Source: an uncultured Gemmatimonadaceae bacterium
GTDB lineage: Bacteria; Gemmatimonadota; Gemmatimonadetes; Longimicrobiales; Gaopeijiaceae
Length of the DNA stretch: 64,000 bases
Direction of reading: 5' to 3'
Assembly (NCBI GenBank): GCA_964583815.1
Contig: CAZOYA010000002.1
Span: 596-64,595, forward strand
The translations under genes and the position numbers were made by a program. The first letter of the stretch is position 1. Every line of letters starts with the position of its first letter. The notes below the pieces were generated by a model, which was not told where the DNA came from, searched no databases, and saw only the letters and a program-made list of their open reading frames with translations. This document shows positions 8,904-18,314 of this stretch, one piece after another.

Positions 8904-11587
8904 GCCCGCGCTCGGCGCCTCGCGACCCGGGCGACGGGGACGCGGCACGCGCGCGTCGCGTCTACCGTGTGCTGCTGAGGGCCTTCCCGCAGGCCCATCG
9001 CGAGCGGTACGGACCGGACATGGAGGAGGCGTTCCTCGCGCTGCTCGAGCGGGAGGCGGCGCGGGCGGGGCCGTGGGGCCGCGTGCGATGCTGGCTCGGC
9101 GCCGGCCTCGATGCGTGGGGTCGGGGGCTGGCGGCGCGCGCGCGGGGCGTGCGCCGCGGACGCGGGGGAAGACGGACGAGAGGAGGGGAGGGGATGTCCA
9201 CGTTCCTGTCGGACGTACGATTCGCGCTCCGGACCCTGGCGAGGCGGCCGGCCTTCACGGCGGCGGCGGTCTCGACGATCGCGCTCGGAATCGGCGCGAA
9301 CACGGCGGTGTTCACCGTCGTGAACGGGTTCCTGCTGGAGCCGCTCCCGTACGAGGAGCCGGAGCGGCTCGTCTCGCTCGTCGACGTGAACCCCGAGCTC
9401 GGGCGTCCGGCGAGCAGCGTCAGCCCGGCCAACGCGTGGGACTGGCGATCACGCAGCCGGACGCTCGAGGATCTCGCGCTCTTCTACGAGGACGGCTTCA
9501 ACCTCACCGGGGACGGCCTGCCCGAGCTCGTTCCGGCGGTGCGGGTCACCCCGAACATCCTGCGGGTGCTCGGGCGCACGCCCGCCCTCGGCCGCGACTT
9601 CTCGTCCGACGAGGTGGGCGAGGGCCGCCACCAGGTCGCGATCCTCACCGACGGCTTCTGGGCTCGCCGGTTCGGCCGCGATCCCTCCGTGGTCGGAGCG
9701 ACCCTCGACCTCGACGGCTACGCGTACACGGTCGTCGGGATCATGCCGCCGGACTTCCGGTTCCTCGACGAGATGCCGGACGTGCTCGTGCCGCAGGACG
9801 TGCACCCGGACGGCGCCGAACGGGCGGGCCGCTACGCCGAAGCGCTCGGGCGCCTCGCGCCCGGTGCCACCCTGGACGGCGCGCGCGAGGAGCTTCGCGG
9901 TCTCGCCCGCGCGCTGGAGGCCGAGCACCCGGACGCGAACCGAGGCTGGACGGTGGAGGTGGTCCCGCTCCGCGACCAGCTCCTGGGACGGATGGCGCGG
10001 CAGGCGTCCCACATGCTCATGGCGGCCGTGGGCCTGGTGCTCCTGATGGCGTGCGTCAACGTGGCCAACCTGCTGCTGGCACGCGCAGGATCGCGCGGCC
10101 GCGAGCTCGCGGTCCGGGCGGCGCTCGGGGCCGGCCGGGGGCGGGTCGTGCGCCAGCTCCTGACGGAGAGCCTCGTGCTCGGCGTGCTCGGCGGCGGGCT
10201 CGGGCTCGTCCTCGGCGTCGTCGGCTCCCGCGGGATCGTCCGGGCACTCCCCTCCACCCTCCCTCCCGTCTTCCGCTTCGAGGTGGACGGCACCGTGCTC
10301 GCGTTCGTGGGCCTCGTCACGGTGGGCTCGGTGCTGGTGTTCGGAATCGTCCCGGCGCTCGGCTCCGCCCGGTCCGTCGCCGAAGCGCTTCCGGGAGGCG
10401 GACGCGCCACGCCCGACCGGAGGGCCGGACGCCTCGGCGCGTCGCTCGTCGTGCTCCAGATCTCGCTCGCCGTGGTGCTCCTCGTCGGCGCCGGTCTCCT
10501 GATGAAGAGCATCGCCGGGATGCGGAGCCGGGATGTCGGGTTCGATCCCGGGAACGTCCTCGCCGTGCGGCTCGCGCCGCCGAGCAGCGCGTATCCGGGC
10601 ACGGACGAGCTGCGCACCTTCTGGAGCGAGGTGGAGGAGCGCGTCGCCGCGCTTCCCGGGGTCGTCGCGGTCGGCCAGACCCAGAGCCATCCGCTCATGG
10701 GCGAGAACTGGGGCCATACCGTCCGGATCGCAGGGGGGGAGGAGACGGACCTCCCCGTGCGCACCACCTGGGCCTCCCCCGGGCTCTTCGAGGCGCTTCG
10801 CCTCCGCGTCGTGCGCGGCCGGGCGATCGAGACGTCGGACCGCGCGGACGCTCCGCCCGTGGCGGTCGTGAACGAGACGTTCGTGGCGCGCTACCTCGAC
10901 GCCGCGTCCGACCCCCTGGCCGAGCAGCTCGTGCTCGAGCCGGGCGTCGTGATCCCGATCGTCGGCGTCGTCGAGGACGTCGTCGAGCGCGGCGTGGACG
11001 CGCCGCCCGAGCCGGCCTGGTACGTGCCCGCCAGCCACGCGGGCGCACGGACCCGCTCGCTCGTCCTGAGGACGTCCGGTCCACCCGAGGAGGCCCTGCC
11101 CGAGGTCCGGGCGGCGATCTGGTCGGTGGATCCGGATCTCCCCGTGCAGGACGTCGAGACGATGGAGGGGCTGATCCGGCGGCGCCTCCGCTCCTACGAC
11201 GTGATCGCCGAGCTGATGGCGACCTTCGCGCTCCTCTCGCTCGCGCTGGGCGTGGTCGGGATCTACGGGGTGACCGCGCAGGGGACCGAGCGCCGGAGGA
11301 GGGAGATCGGGCTCCGCGTGGCCGTCGGAGCGGGGAAGGGGGAGGTGGTCCGCATGGTCCTGCTCGACGGGGCCCGCCGGGCGGCGCTCGGCATGGCGCT
11401 GGGGCTCGTGGCGGCGACGGGTTTCTCGAGGCTCCTCGACAGCATGCTCGTGGGCGTGTCGCCGGACGACCCGGCGGTCTTCGCTTCGGTGGCGGGGCTC
11501 CTCGCCGCGGCCTCCCTCGCCGGCGTGTACCTCCCCGCCCGGAGAGCGGCGCGCGTGGATCCCGTGCAGGCGCTGGCGGGCGAGTAG
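8900..11587 (+). CDS. duplicated orphan FtsX/MacB-type permease with N-terminal prefix domain (ADOP-like), paralogue 1
   Basis: The ATG overlaps the PadR stop (ATGA). A 98-aa prefix precedes the core start MSTFLSDVRFALRTLARRPAF. There are two FtsX halves, each TM-large loop-3TM. No ATPase gene is nearby. Confidence 0.9.
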   Translation: MSPRSAPRDPGDGDAARARRVYRVLLRAFPQAHRERYGPDMEEAFLALLEREAARAGPWGRVRCWLGAGLDAWGRGLAARARGVRRGRGGRRTRGGEGMSTFLSDVRFALRTLARRPAFTAAAVSTIALGIGANTAVFTVVNGFLLEPLPYEEPERLVSLVDVNPELGRPASSVSPANAWDWRSRSRTLEDLALFYEDGFNLTGDGLPELVPAVRVTPNILRVLGRTPALGRDFSSDEVGEGRHQVAILTDGFWARRFGRDPSVVGATLDLDGYAYTVVGIMPPDFRFLDEMPDVLVPQDVHPDGAERAGRYAEALGRLAPGATLDGAREELRGLARALEAEHPDANRGWTVEVVPLRDQLLGRMARQASHMLMAAVGLVLLMACVNVANLLLARAGSRGRELAVRAALGAGRGRVVRQLLTESLVLGVLGGGLGLVLGVVGSRGIVRALPSTLPPVFRFEVDGTVLAFVGLVTVGSVLVFGIVPALGSARSVAEALPGGGRATPDRRAGRLGASLVVLQISLAVVLLVGAGLLMKSIAGMRSRDVGFDPGNVLAVRLAPPSSAYPGTDELRTFWSEVEERVAALPGVVAVGQTQSHPLMGENWGHTVRIAGGEETDLPVRTTWASPGLFEALRLRVVRGRAIETSDRADAPPVAVVNETFVARYLDAASDPLAEQLVLEPGVVIPIVGVVEDVVERGVDAPPEPAWYVPASHAGARTRSLVLRTSGPPEEALPEVRAAIWSVDPDLPVQDVETMEGLIRRRLRSYDVIAELMATFALLSLALGVVGIYGVTAQGTERRRREIGLRVAVGAGKGEVVRMVLLDGARRAALGMALGLVAATGFSRLLDSMLVGVSPDDPAVFASVAGLLAAASLAGVYLPARRAARVDPVQALAGE

Positions 11588-11744
11588 CCGGCCGGAGCGC
11601 CGCCGGCGAGCGCGGCGCGCGCTCGCACGGGGGCGTGTGGCCTCCGCCCCGACGCGGTATCTTCGGACCGCGAGTCGACGTTCCGCGCGCTCCACCGTCC
11701 ACCCGCCCCACCGCCTCCACCCCACCGCTTCGCCCGCCGACTCC

Positions 11745-13874
11745 ATGACCTCCCCCACCGGCTCCCACTGGCTCCGGGACGTCGCGGGCCACGCCGGGCT
11801 CGCGCTGGACCTGCCCGTGCGCCCCAACGTCGTGGAGCTCCGTCGTGCGTGGACGCGGGTGGTCGAGGCCTGCCGCACGAGCGACGAGGAGTTCACGCGG
11901 CGCGTGGCGGGACATTTCCGCATCGGCGTCGCCGACGTCGCGCAGCGCGATCCCCAGGCGGTGGCGCTCATCCCCGAGGGCGTGTCGAGGCGCCACGGCG
12001 TGCTCGGCCTCAGCCTCACCGAGCGCAACATCGTCGTCGCCACCTCCGATCCGTCCAACCGGTCGGCGTGGCGCGAGGTGGTGGAGCACACGGGCCGGCA
12101 GCCGGTCTACCTGATGGCGAGCCCGGTCGCGATCGCGGAGGCGCTCGAGGAGGCCTACGCCCCGAAGCGCGCGCCCCGAAACAGCCTCGAGGAGCTCGTG
12201 CGTGAGGTCGCGCGCAGCGACTTCCAGGTGGTGACCTCGGACGGCCGCGGGCGCTTCACGAGCTTCGAGCTCGAGGATCCGGCCGTGGTGCGCCTGGCCG
12301 ACGTGCTGCTCCAGCAGGCGGTCCGCCACCGCGCCACCGAGGTCCACGTCGAGCCGGGACGGGAGCGCGGCCGGGTCCGCTACCGCATCGACGGCGTGCT
12401 CCAGCACGTGGTGGCGCTCCCGCCCGAGGCGCACGACCGCCTCGTGGCGCGCCTCGCCTACCTGGCGCGCGGCGGGGCGACCGGCGAGGAGGGCGACAGC
12501 TTCACCGTGCACGTCTCCGAGACGCTGCAGCGGCGGGCGCTCCTCCTCTCGACCCCGACGCCCGACGGGGAGCTCGTCACGATCCGGCTCGTGGCGCCCG
12601 CGGAGGTCCCCACGCTCGAGCGTCTCGGCTTCGAGGCCGACGACCTCGAGCGGATCCGCGACGTGCTCCGGCGCAACGACGGGCTCGTGCTCGTGGCCGG
12701 CCCCGCGCGGGCCGGGACCTCCACGTTCGTGTACGCCTGCATGCGGGCGCTCGCGTCCCGCAACGTGCTCTCGCTCGAGAGCCGCATCGAGTGCCACGTG
12801 CCGGGCGTCACGCAGGTGCGCTACGACTCCGCCACGGGGCTCTCGTTCGCCGAGACGCTCCAGCAGCTTCTCGATCGGAACCCCGACGTGGTGCACGCCG
12901 GCGAGGTGCGGGACCTCGCCACCGCCCGGATCGCGCTCCGCACGGCGGTGACCGGACGGAAGGTGCTCGCGACCGTACACGCCCCCGACGCCCCTTCCGG
13001 GCTCCGGCGGCTGCTCGATCTCGGGCTCGCGCCGGGGCGGCTCGCGGAGTCGCTCCACGCGGTGATCTCGCTCCGGCTGGTACGACGGCTCTGTCCGCAC
13101 TGCGCCGAGACGGTCGCCGGCCCGAACGACCTCCCCCCGCGCGAGCGCAAGCTCGCGGAGCTGCTGTCGGTGCTCCCGCCCCGACGCGCGGTCGGGTGCC
13201 GCGCCTGCGCGGGCACCGGATATCTCGGGCAGCTTCCGGTGGCCGAGATCCTCGTGCTCGACCGCACGATGCGCCAGCTCGTGGAGGAGGGCTACGACGA
13301 CGCGGCGCTCCACCTGGCCGCGCGCATGGAGGGGATGCGCCCGCTGGGCGAGTCCGCGATCGACCGGGCCCGGAAGGGGCACACGACCGTCGAGGAGGTC
13401 GAGCGGGTGCTCGGCGTCGTGCCCACCCGGGCCGAGACGCCGCGCTCGGCGGGCCCCGTGCTGCTCGTCGAGGACGAGCCGCAGGACCGTCTCCTCGTCG
13501 GGTCCATCATCAGGGACCTCGGATTCGAGGTGATCGAGGCCGAGGACGGTGAGGCCGCGCTGGAGCTCCTCCGGGAGCGCGGCGGTCGCTTCTCGCTCGT
13601 GGTGCTCGACCTGGTCCTGCCCGGGATCGACGGCATCGAGGTGCTGCGGCGCCTCCGGCAATCGCTGGACACGCAGTACCTCCCGGTGCTCGTGCTCACG
13701 AGCACCACGGACCCGCGCCGCGAGATCGAGCTGCTCGACGAGGGCGCGGACGACTACGTGCTGAAGCCCGTCGCCGTGGATCGCTTCCAGGCACGCATCC
13801 GGGCCGTGCTGCGCCGGAGCGGCGTACGGATCGAGACCGGCGGGAGCGCCGAGGCGGTCGGTGCCGGCGGCTAG
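11745..13874 (+). CDS. GspE/PilB-like secretion-ATPase homologue with degenerate catalytic motifs, fused to a C-terminal response-regulator receiver domain
   Basis: T2SSE_N-like N-domain (ALIPEGVSRRHGVLGL...VVATSDP). Walker A reads GPARAGTST, with Lys replaced by Thr. Asp box is degenerate (LESRIE). NPDVVHAGEVRD and the tetra-Cys motif CPHC...CRAC are retained. REC domain: LLVEDE...VVLDLVLPGIDG...DYVLKP. Confidence 0.85.
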   Translation: MTSPTGSHWLRDVAGHAGLALDLPVRPNVVELRRAWTRVVEACRTSDEEFTRRVAGHFRIGVADVAQRDPQAVALIPEGVSRRHGVLGLSLTERNIVVATSDPSNRSAWREVVEHTGRQPVYLMASPVAIAEALEEAYAPKRAPRNSLEELVREVARSDFQVVTSDGRGRFTSFELEDPAVVRLADVLLQQAVRHRATEVHVEPGRERGRVRYRIDGVLQHVVALPPEAHDRLVARLAYLARGGATGEEGDSFTVHVSETLQRRALLLSTPTPDGELVTIRLVAPAEVPTLERLGFEADDLERIRDVLRRNDGLVLVAGPARAGTSTFVYACMRALASRNVLSLESRIECHVPGVTQVRYDSATGLSFAETLQQLLDRNPDVVHAGEVRDLATARIALRTAVTGRKVLATVHAPDAPSGLRRLLDLGLAPGRLAESLHAVISLRLVRRLCPHCAETVAGPNDLPPRERKLAELLSVLPPRRAVGCRACAGTGYLGQLPVAEILVLDRTMRQLVEEGYDDAALHLAARMEGMRPLGESAIDRARKGHTTVEEVERVLGVVPTRAETPRSAGPVLLVEDEPQDRLLVGSIIRDLGFEVIEAEDGEAALELLRERGGRFSLVVLDLVLPGIDGIEVLRRLRQSLDTQYLPVLVLTSTTDPRREIELLDEGADDYVLKPVAVDRFQARIRAVLRRSGVRIETGGSAEAVGAGG

Positions 13875-13937
13875 GCTGCGGACCAGCGGCCCGCAGGCCC
13901 GGCTCCGCGTCGGCCCGCGAGCCCCGCGGAGCGCAGG

Positions 13938-14210
13938 ATGACCGACGCGGACGACCGCGCGGACGCGACGCCCGGCGGGGGCGAGCCCTACCGCCCGATC
14001 GACTGCTCCGTCCACGACCGACTCGAGGCGCTCGCCACCCTCGGCGTGCCGTGCCGGATCCGCTACCGCGGGCCGGACGACGAGGAGCACGAGCTCGTGG
14101 ACCGGATCGTGGACGTCTTCGCCCGGGGCGGGGAGGAGTTCCTCGACACGGCGGGCGGGGTGCGGATCCGACTCGATCGGCTGACGCAGGTGGAGCGGGT
14201 GGAGGCCTGA
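13938..14210 (+). CDS. rof: Rof-like protein (modulator of Rho-dependent termination family)
   Basis: YRPIDCSVHDRLE...RIRLDRLTQV parallels E. coli Rof (YQPINCDDYDNLE...LRLDKITSF). Size is similar at 90 aa. Confidence 0.65.
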   Translation: MTDADDRADATPGGGEPYRPIDCSVHDRLEALATLGVPCRIRYRGPDDEEHELVDRIVDVFARGGEEFLDTAGGVRIRLDRLTQVERVEA

Positions 14211-14282
14211 GCGGTCGAATCCGGGCCCGTCCGTTCGACTCCGGGGTGGAGGGACCCCACCCACACCCCGCCGGAGGGCACC

Positions 14283-14660
14283 GTGCGCTACACCCTGTTC
14301 CTGCACTATCCCGAGACCAGCGCGGAGGATCTCGGCGAGGACCGGCTCGCGGAGGCGCGCGCGGCGTTCCGGTCCTTCGCCGAGGAGATGGAGGACGCCG
14401 GCGTGCTCGTCTCGGCCGAGGTGCTCCAGCCGTCCACCAGCACCACGACCCTCCGCGTGGACGAGGGGGTCACCCGCGTGCTGGACGGGCCGCACACCGA
14501 CGGCCGCGAGCAGATCGGCGCCACGATCGTCGTGGACGTGCCGGATCTCGACGCCGCGCTCCGGTGGGCCGGCCGCTGCCCGGCCGCGGCGTGGGGGAGC
14601 GTGGAGGTGCGCCCCTGGGCCGCGCGATACGCGGAAGGAGCGTGGGCGGACGTGCGGTGA
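14283..14660 (+). CDS. YCII-related (YciI/DGPF) domain protein
   Basis: GTG start. DGPHTDGREQIGATIVVDVPDLDAALRWAGRCP matches the DGPFxExKEQ...A.EWA..CP signature. Confidence 0.75.
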   Translation: MRYTLFLHYPETSAEDLGEDRLAEARAAFRSFAEEMEDAGVLVSAEVLQPSTSTTTLRVDEGVTRVLDGPHTDGREQIGATIVVDVPDLDAALRWAGRCPAAAWGSVEVRPWAARYAEGAWADVR

Positions 14661-14762
14661 GACAGGAAACGAGTGCGGAGGCCCCCTTTTCGCGATCCGG
14701 GGTTCTTCGTTAATGTCCCGGCTGGTCGGTTGAAACTGATTCTCAATCCCAAGCCGGGTTCC

Positions 14763-17153
14763 ATGAAGCTCCACCGCGTGCTCGCAGGGCTGTTCCTTCT
14801 CGTGCTGACCGCCTTCCCGGGTCTCGCCGACGACCTCGCCGCGCAGGCGCCGTCGGGGGTCGTGACCGGTAACGTCGTGGACGACGGCGGCGCCCCGCTG
14901 CCGGGCCTCGCGGTCCGGCTCCGGGGACCCGTCGAGCGCGAGACCGTCGCCGACGCGTCGGGCCGCTACCGGTTCGTCGGGCTCCCCGCGGGCGCGTACA
15001 CGCTCCAGGTCGAGTCCTTCGGCTATACGAGCGCCCCGGAGCAGGTCCGGGTCGGGCAGGGGACGCTCGTCGTGGACCTCGTCGCGGAGTCCGACGCGCT
15101 CACCCTCGCCCCCCTGCAGGTCGTGACGACCACGCGAGCCGGCAAGCTGCCGACCACCCTCCCGATCAAGGTGGACGTGATCGAGACGGAGCAGGTGCGA
15201 CGCCAGCAGTCGCTCGTGACGAATCCCACCGAGCTGCTCGCGAACCTCGTCCCCAGCTACTCCCCGGGGCGCCAGAAGCTCACCAGCTCCGGCGAGAGCT
15301 TCCGCGGACGTCGTCCGCTCTTCCTCGTCGACGGCGTGCCGCAGTCGAACCCGCTGCGGGACGGGCGGCGCGACGGCTTCACGATCGGCCTCGAGGAGAT
15401 CGAGCGGGTGGAGGTGGTGTTCGGCGCGAACGCGATCCAGGGGCTGGGAGCCACGGGCGGCATCGTGAACTACATCACCGTGAGCCCCCCGGAGTCCGGG
15501 GCGCTCGAGCAGCGCCTGAGCCTCACGGGCACCGGCAGCGACGGCCTCGAGGGAGACGGCTTCGGCTGGCGCGCGCACTACATGGCCGGGCGGCGCATCG
15601 GCGAGGTCGACGTGCTGGGCTCCTTCGGCTACGAGCGGCGCGGCCTGCAGTTCGACGGCGCCGGTCGCCCCGTCGGGATCGACAACGTCCAGGGGGACGT
15701 GGCGGACTCCGGGAGCCGGAGCTTCTTCGCCAAGGTGGGATGGGAGCCCGACGACGCGCAGCGGCTGCAGATCACCGCGAGCGACTTCCTGCTGGAGCAG
15801 CGCGGGTCCTTCGAGAGCGTGCCGGGCGACCGGGCGGCCGGCGTTCCGGCCACCTCGGTCGAGGGAGAGCCCGAAGGGGTCGAGCCCATGAACGACGTGA
15901 CCATGGTCGCGCTCGACTACGAGCACGCGGCGGCGCTCGGCGGCACGCTCTCCGCCAAGGTCTACGCCCAGGATTTCCGGGCGCTCTTCGGCGGCGGTCG
16001 CTTCGACACCTTCCAGGACCCGGCCATCGCCCCGGTCGGGGAGGTCTTCGACCAGTCCGAGAACAACTCGCGGAAGGTCGGCACCCGGCTCACCTACGCG
16101 GGCCTGCGCGTCGCCGGCTCGCCCTTCGACGTCGTGGCGGGATTCGATTTCCTGCGTGACGAGACCTTCCAGAGGCTCGTCCACACGGACCGGAACTGGG
16201 TGCCGGTCACGCGCTTCAAGAACTACGCGCCGTTCGTGCAGCTCGATCTCGATGCGGGCTCGCTGCTCACCCTCTCCGGCGGGCTCCGCTGGGAGCTGGC
16301 CGAGCTCGACGTGCCCGGCTTCACCACGCTGGCGGGCAACCGGGCCGACTTCCAGCCGGTCGAGGTGGCGGGGGGGAGCCCGAGCTTCGACGAGCCCCTC
16401 CTGAACGTGGGCGCGGTGGTCACGCCCGTTCCGGGGCTCCGCTTCTACGGCACCCTCTCGCAGGCGTTCACGATGCCCGATGTCGGCCGCGTGCTGCGGG
16501 GCATCACCGAGGAGGGCACGGCGGTCGAGGACTTCCTGGACCTGCAGCCCGTGACCACCGACAACGCCGAGGTGGGCGGCGCCTTCGGCACCGAGCGATC
16601 GCACGTCGGGGTGACGTACTTCCGCTCGAGCTCCGACTTCGGCTCCCGGCTCGTGCCGAACGCCGACGGGATCTTCCGGGTCTTCCGCCAGCCCACCCTC
16701 ACGTACGGCTGGGAGCTGACGGGACGGTTCGATCCCACGGACCGGCTCTCCCTGGTGGGCGGCTATTCCGACCTCGAGGGCCGCTTCGACGGGGACGCCG
16801 ACGGCGAGTACGAGGCCGATCTCGGCGCCACCGACGTCGGGCCGGACCGGCTCACGCTCAGCCTCGACGCGGAGCTGACGGAGGCGCTCAGCGGCCGCGT
16901 GCAGACGTTCCACTTCTTCGACCGGGACTTCGAGGACGCCGCCGGAGCGCCGGCCGCCCGCTTCGACGGGTACACGACGACCGACGTCTCGCTGGCGTTC
17001 GCGCACGGCCGCTCGACCCTCACGCTCGCCGTGTCGAACCTGCTGGACGCGCAGTACATCACGTACTACAGCCAGGCCGGCACGGATCTCGACGACCGCT
17101 ACTTCGCCGGCCTCGGCCGCACGTTCACCGTGCGGATCGAAAGCCGGTTCTAG
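14763..17153 (+). CDS. TonB-dependent outer-membrane receptor with N-terminal carboxypeptidase-regulatory-like domain
   Basis: Signal peptide, then GVVTGNVVDDGGAPLPGLAV, plug region, beta-barrel repeats, and a C-terminal ...FTVRIESRF ending in Phe. Confidence 0.9.
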   Translation: MKLHRVLAGLFLLVLTAFPGLADDLAAQAPSGVVTGNVVDDGGAPLPGLAVRLRGPVERETVADASGRYRFVGLPAGAYTLQVESFGYTSAPEQVRVGQGTLVVDLVAESDALTLAPLQVVTTTRAGKLPTTLPIKVDVIETEQVRRQQSLVTNPTELLANLVPSYSPGRQKLTSSGESFRGRRPLFLVDGVPQSNPLRDGRRDGFTIGLEEIERVEVVFGANAIQGLGATGGIVNYITVSPPESGALEQRLSLTGTGSDGLEGDGFGWRAHYMAGRRIGEVDVLGSFGYERRGLQFDGAGRPVGIDNVQGDVADSGSRSFFAKVGWEPDDAQRLQITASDFLLEQRGSFESVPGDRAAGVPATSVEGEPEGVEPMNDVTMVALDYEHAAALGGTLSAKVYAQDFRALFGGGRFDTFQDPAIAPVGEVFDQSENNSRKVGTRLTYAGLRVAGSPFDVVAGFDFLRDETFQRLVHTDRNWVPVTRFKNYAPFVQLDLDAGSLLTLSGGLRWELAELDVPGFTTLAGNRADFQPVEVAGGSPSFDEPLLNVGAVVTPVPGLRFYGTLSQAFTMPDVGRVLRGITEEGTAVEDFLDLQPVTTDNAEVGGAFGTERSHVGVTYFRSSSDFGSRLVPNADGIFRVFRQPTLTYGWELTGRFDPTDRLSLVGGYSDLEGRFDGDADGEYEADLGATDVGPDRLTLSLDAELTEALSGRVQTFHFFDRDFEDAAGAPAARFDGYTTTDVSLAFAHGRSTLTLAVSNLLDAQYITYYSQAGTDLDDRYFAGLGRTFTVRIESRF

Positions 17154-17156
17154 CGC

Positions 17157-18314
17157 ATGCGGGCCTGGAACGTCGTGAGGCTCGCCCACCTGTGGGCGGG
17201 CCTGGCGCTCTCCATCGCGCTGTTCGTGCTGGCGATCACCGGCTCGGCGCTGGTCTACAAGGAGGCGTACTGGCGGCTCGCCTATCCGGAGCTCCGCCCC
17301 CCGGACGCCGTGGTCCCGGCGGCGGACCGGGCGGACGCCGCCCGCGCGGCGCACGAGCTCTTCGGCGACGCGCTGCGCTCGGTGAAGATGCCCGAGCCCG
17401 GCGTGCCGGCCTACCACCTCTACCTGGAGGGGGGCGAGGCCTTCCTCTCCGTCGACGACCACGGGCTCGTCGATCGCTGGACGCCCCGCGACCGCCCGAT
17501 GGCGCTGCTCTTCGACCTGCACGCCCACCTGATGGGCGGCGAGGCCGGGGAGCGCGTGGGCGGCGCCATCGGGCTCGCGGGCGTGTTCATGATCCTGAGC
17601 GGCCTCGTGCTGTGGTGGCCCGCGCGCCGGAGCTTCCGGCTCGCGAACCTCGTGCCGCGCGGCTGGACCCGCGGCCGCCTCGTCGCGTGGCACCGCGACC
17701 TGGGCACGCTCAGCGCGCCCCTCGTGCTGATCCTGCTCCTCACCGCGGGCGGGATCGTGTTCTACGAGCAGACGGGCACGCTGCTCAACGCCCTCTTCGG
17801 GGACCCCTACAGGGCCGAGCTCGAGCCCGTGGGCGGGGAGCGCGTCCCGTTCGCGCTGGTCGACGCCGCGACGATCGAGCGCGTCGAGGGGATGTTCCCG
17901 GGCGCCCGGCTCGTGTTCTACTACCCGCCGGCGGGCGGGAGCGGCATCCAGGGCTTCCGGCTCAAGCAGCCCTGCGAGCTTCACCCCAACGGGCGGAGTT
18001 ACGTGTACCTGGACCACCGGGGCCGCGTCCTGCAGCAGACCGACGCGTGCGCGCTCGCGCCGGGCCAGAAGGCGCTGCACGCGGTCTATCCGCTGCATGC
18101 GGGGAAGGCCGACAGCGCGGTCTACAAGCTGCTCACGTTCCTCGGAGGCCTCGCGCTCGCCGCGCTCTCGTTGAGCGGCGTGTGGGCCTACCTCCGGAAG
18201 CTCCGCTCAGGTGCCGGGAAGCGGGCGGGCGGCACCCGGACGCGGCGCCGGGGTGCCGCCCGCCCCCGACCGGACGGGATCGTTCCTCAGGGCTCGTCCG
18301 CGCTCGGCCCGTAG
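17157..18314 (+). CDS. PepSY-associated TM-helix protein (PiuB-like)
   Basis: LAHLWAGLALSIALFVLAITGSALVY plus three further TM helices. It sits immediately after the TonB receptor, the usual siderophore-uptake pairing. Confidence 0.85.
   Translation: MRAWNVVRLAHLWAGLALSIALFVLAITGSALVYKEAYWRLAYPELRPPDAVVPAADRADAARAAHELFGDALRSVKMPEPGVPAYHLYLEGGEAFLSVDDHGLVDRWTPRDRPMALLFDLHAHLMGGEAGERVGGAIGLAGVFMILSGLVLWWPARRSFRLANLVPRGWTRGRLVAWHRDLGTLSAPLVLILLLTAGGIVFYEQTGTLLNALFGDPYRAELEPVGGERVPFALVDAATIERVEGMFPGARLVFYYPPAGGSGIQGFRLKQPCELHPNGRSYVYLDHRGRVLQQTDACALAPGQKALHAVYPLHAGKADSAVYKLLTFLGGLALAALSLSGVWAYLRKLRSGAGKRAGGTRTRRRGAARPRPDGIVPQGSSALGP

Noticed and set aside
14214-14260. tRNA-like T-arm strings (GGTCGAATCC, CGTTCGACTCC) between the Rof-like and YCII genes.
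   Set aside because: The flanking bases do not form T-stems, and no acceptor or anticodon arms can be drawn.
10695-18098. A 2467-codon ORF on the minus strand, the longest in the window. Similar giants are at 452-3424 (-), 21504-24584 (-), 21818-24880 (+), 26282-29530 (-), 59678-61762 (-) and 6349-8133 (-).
   Set aside because: They run antisense or out of frame to genes with clear family motifs. Their translations are Arg/Pro/Gly/Ala-rich low-complexity strings with no recognisable domains. Stop codons are simply rare in such GC-rich DNA. They are treated as shadow ORFs.
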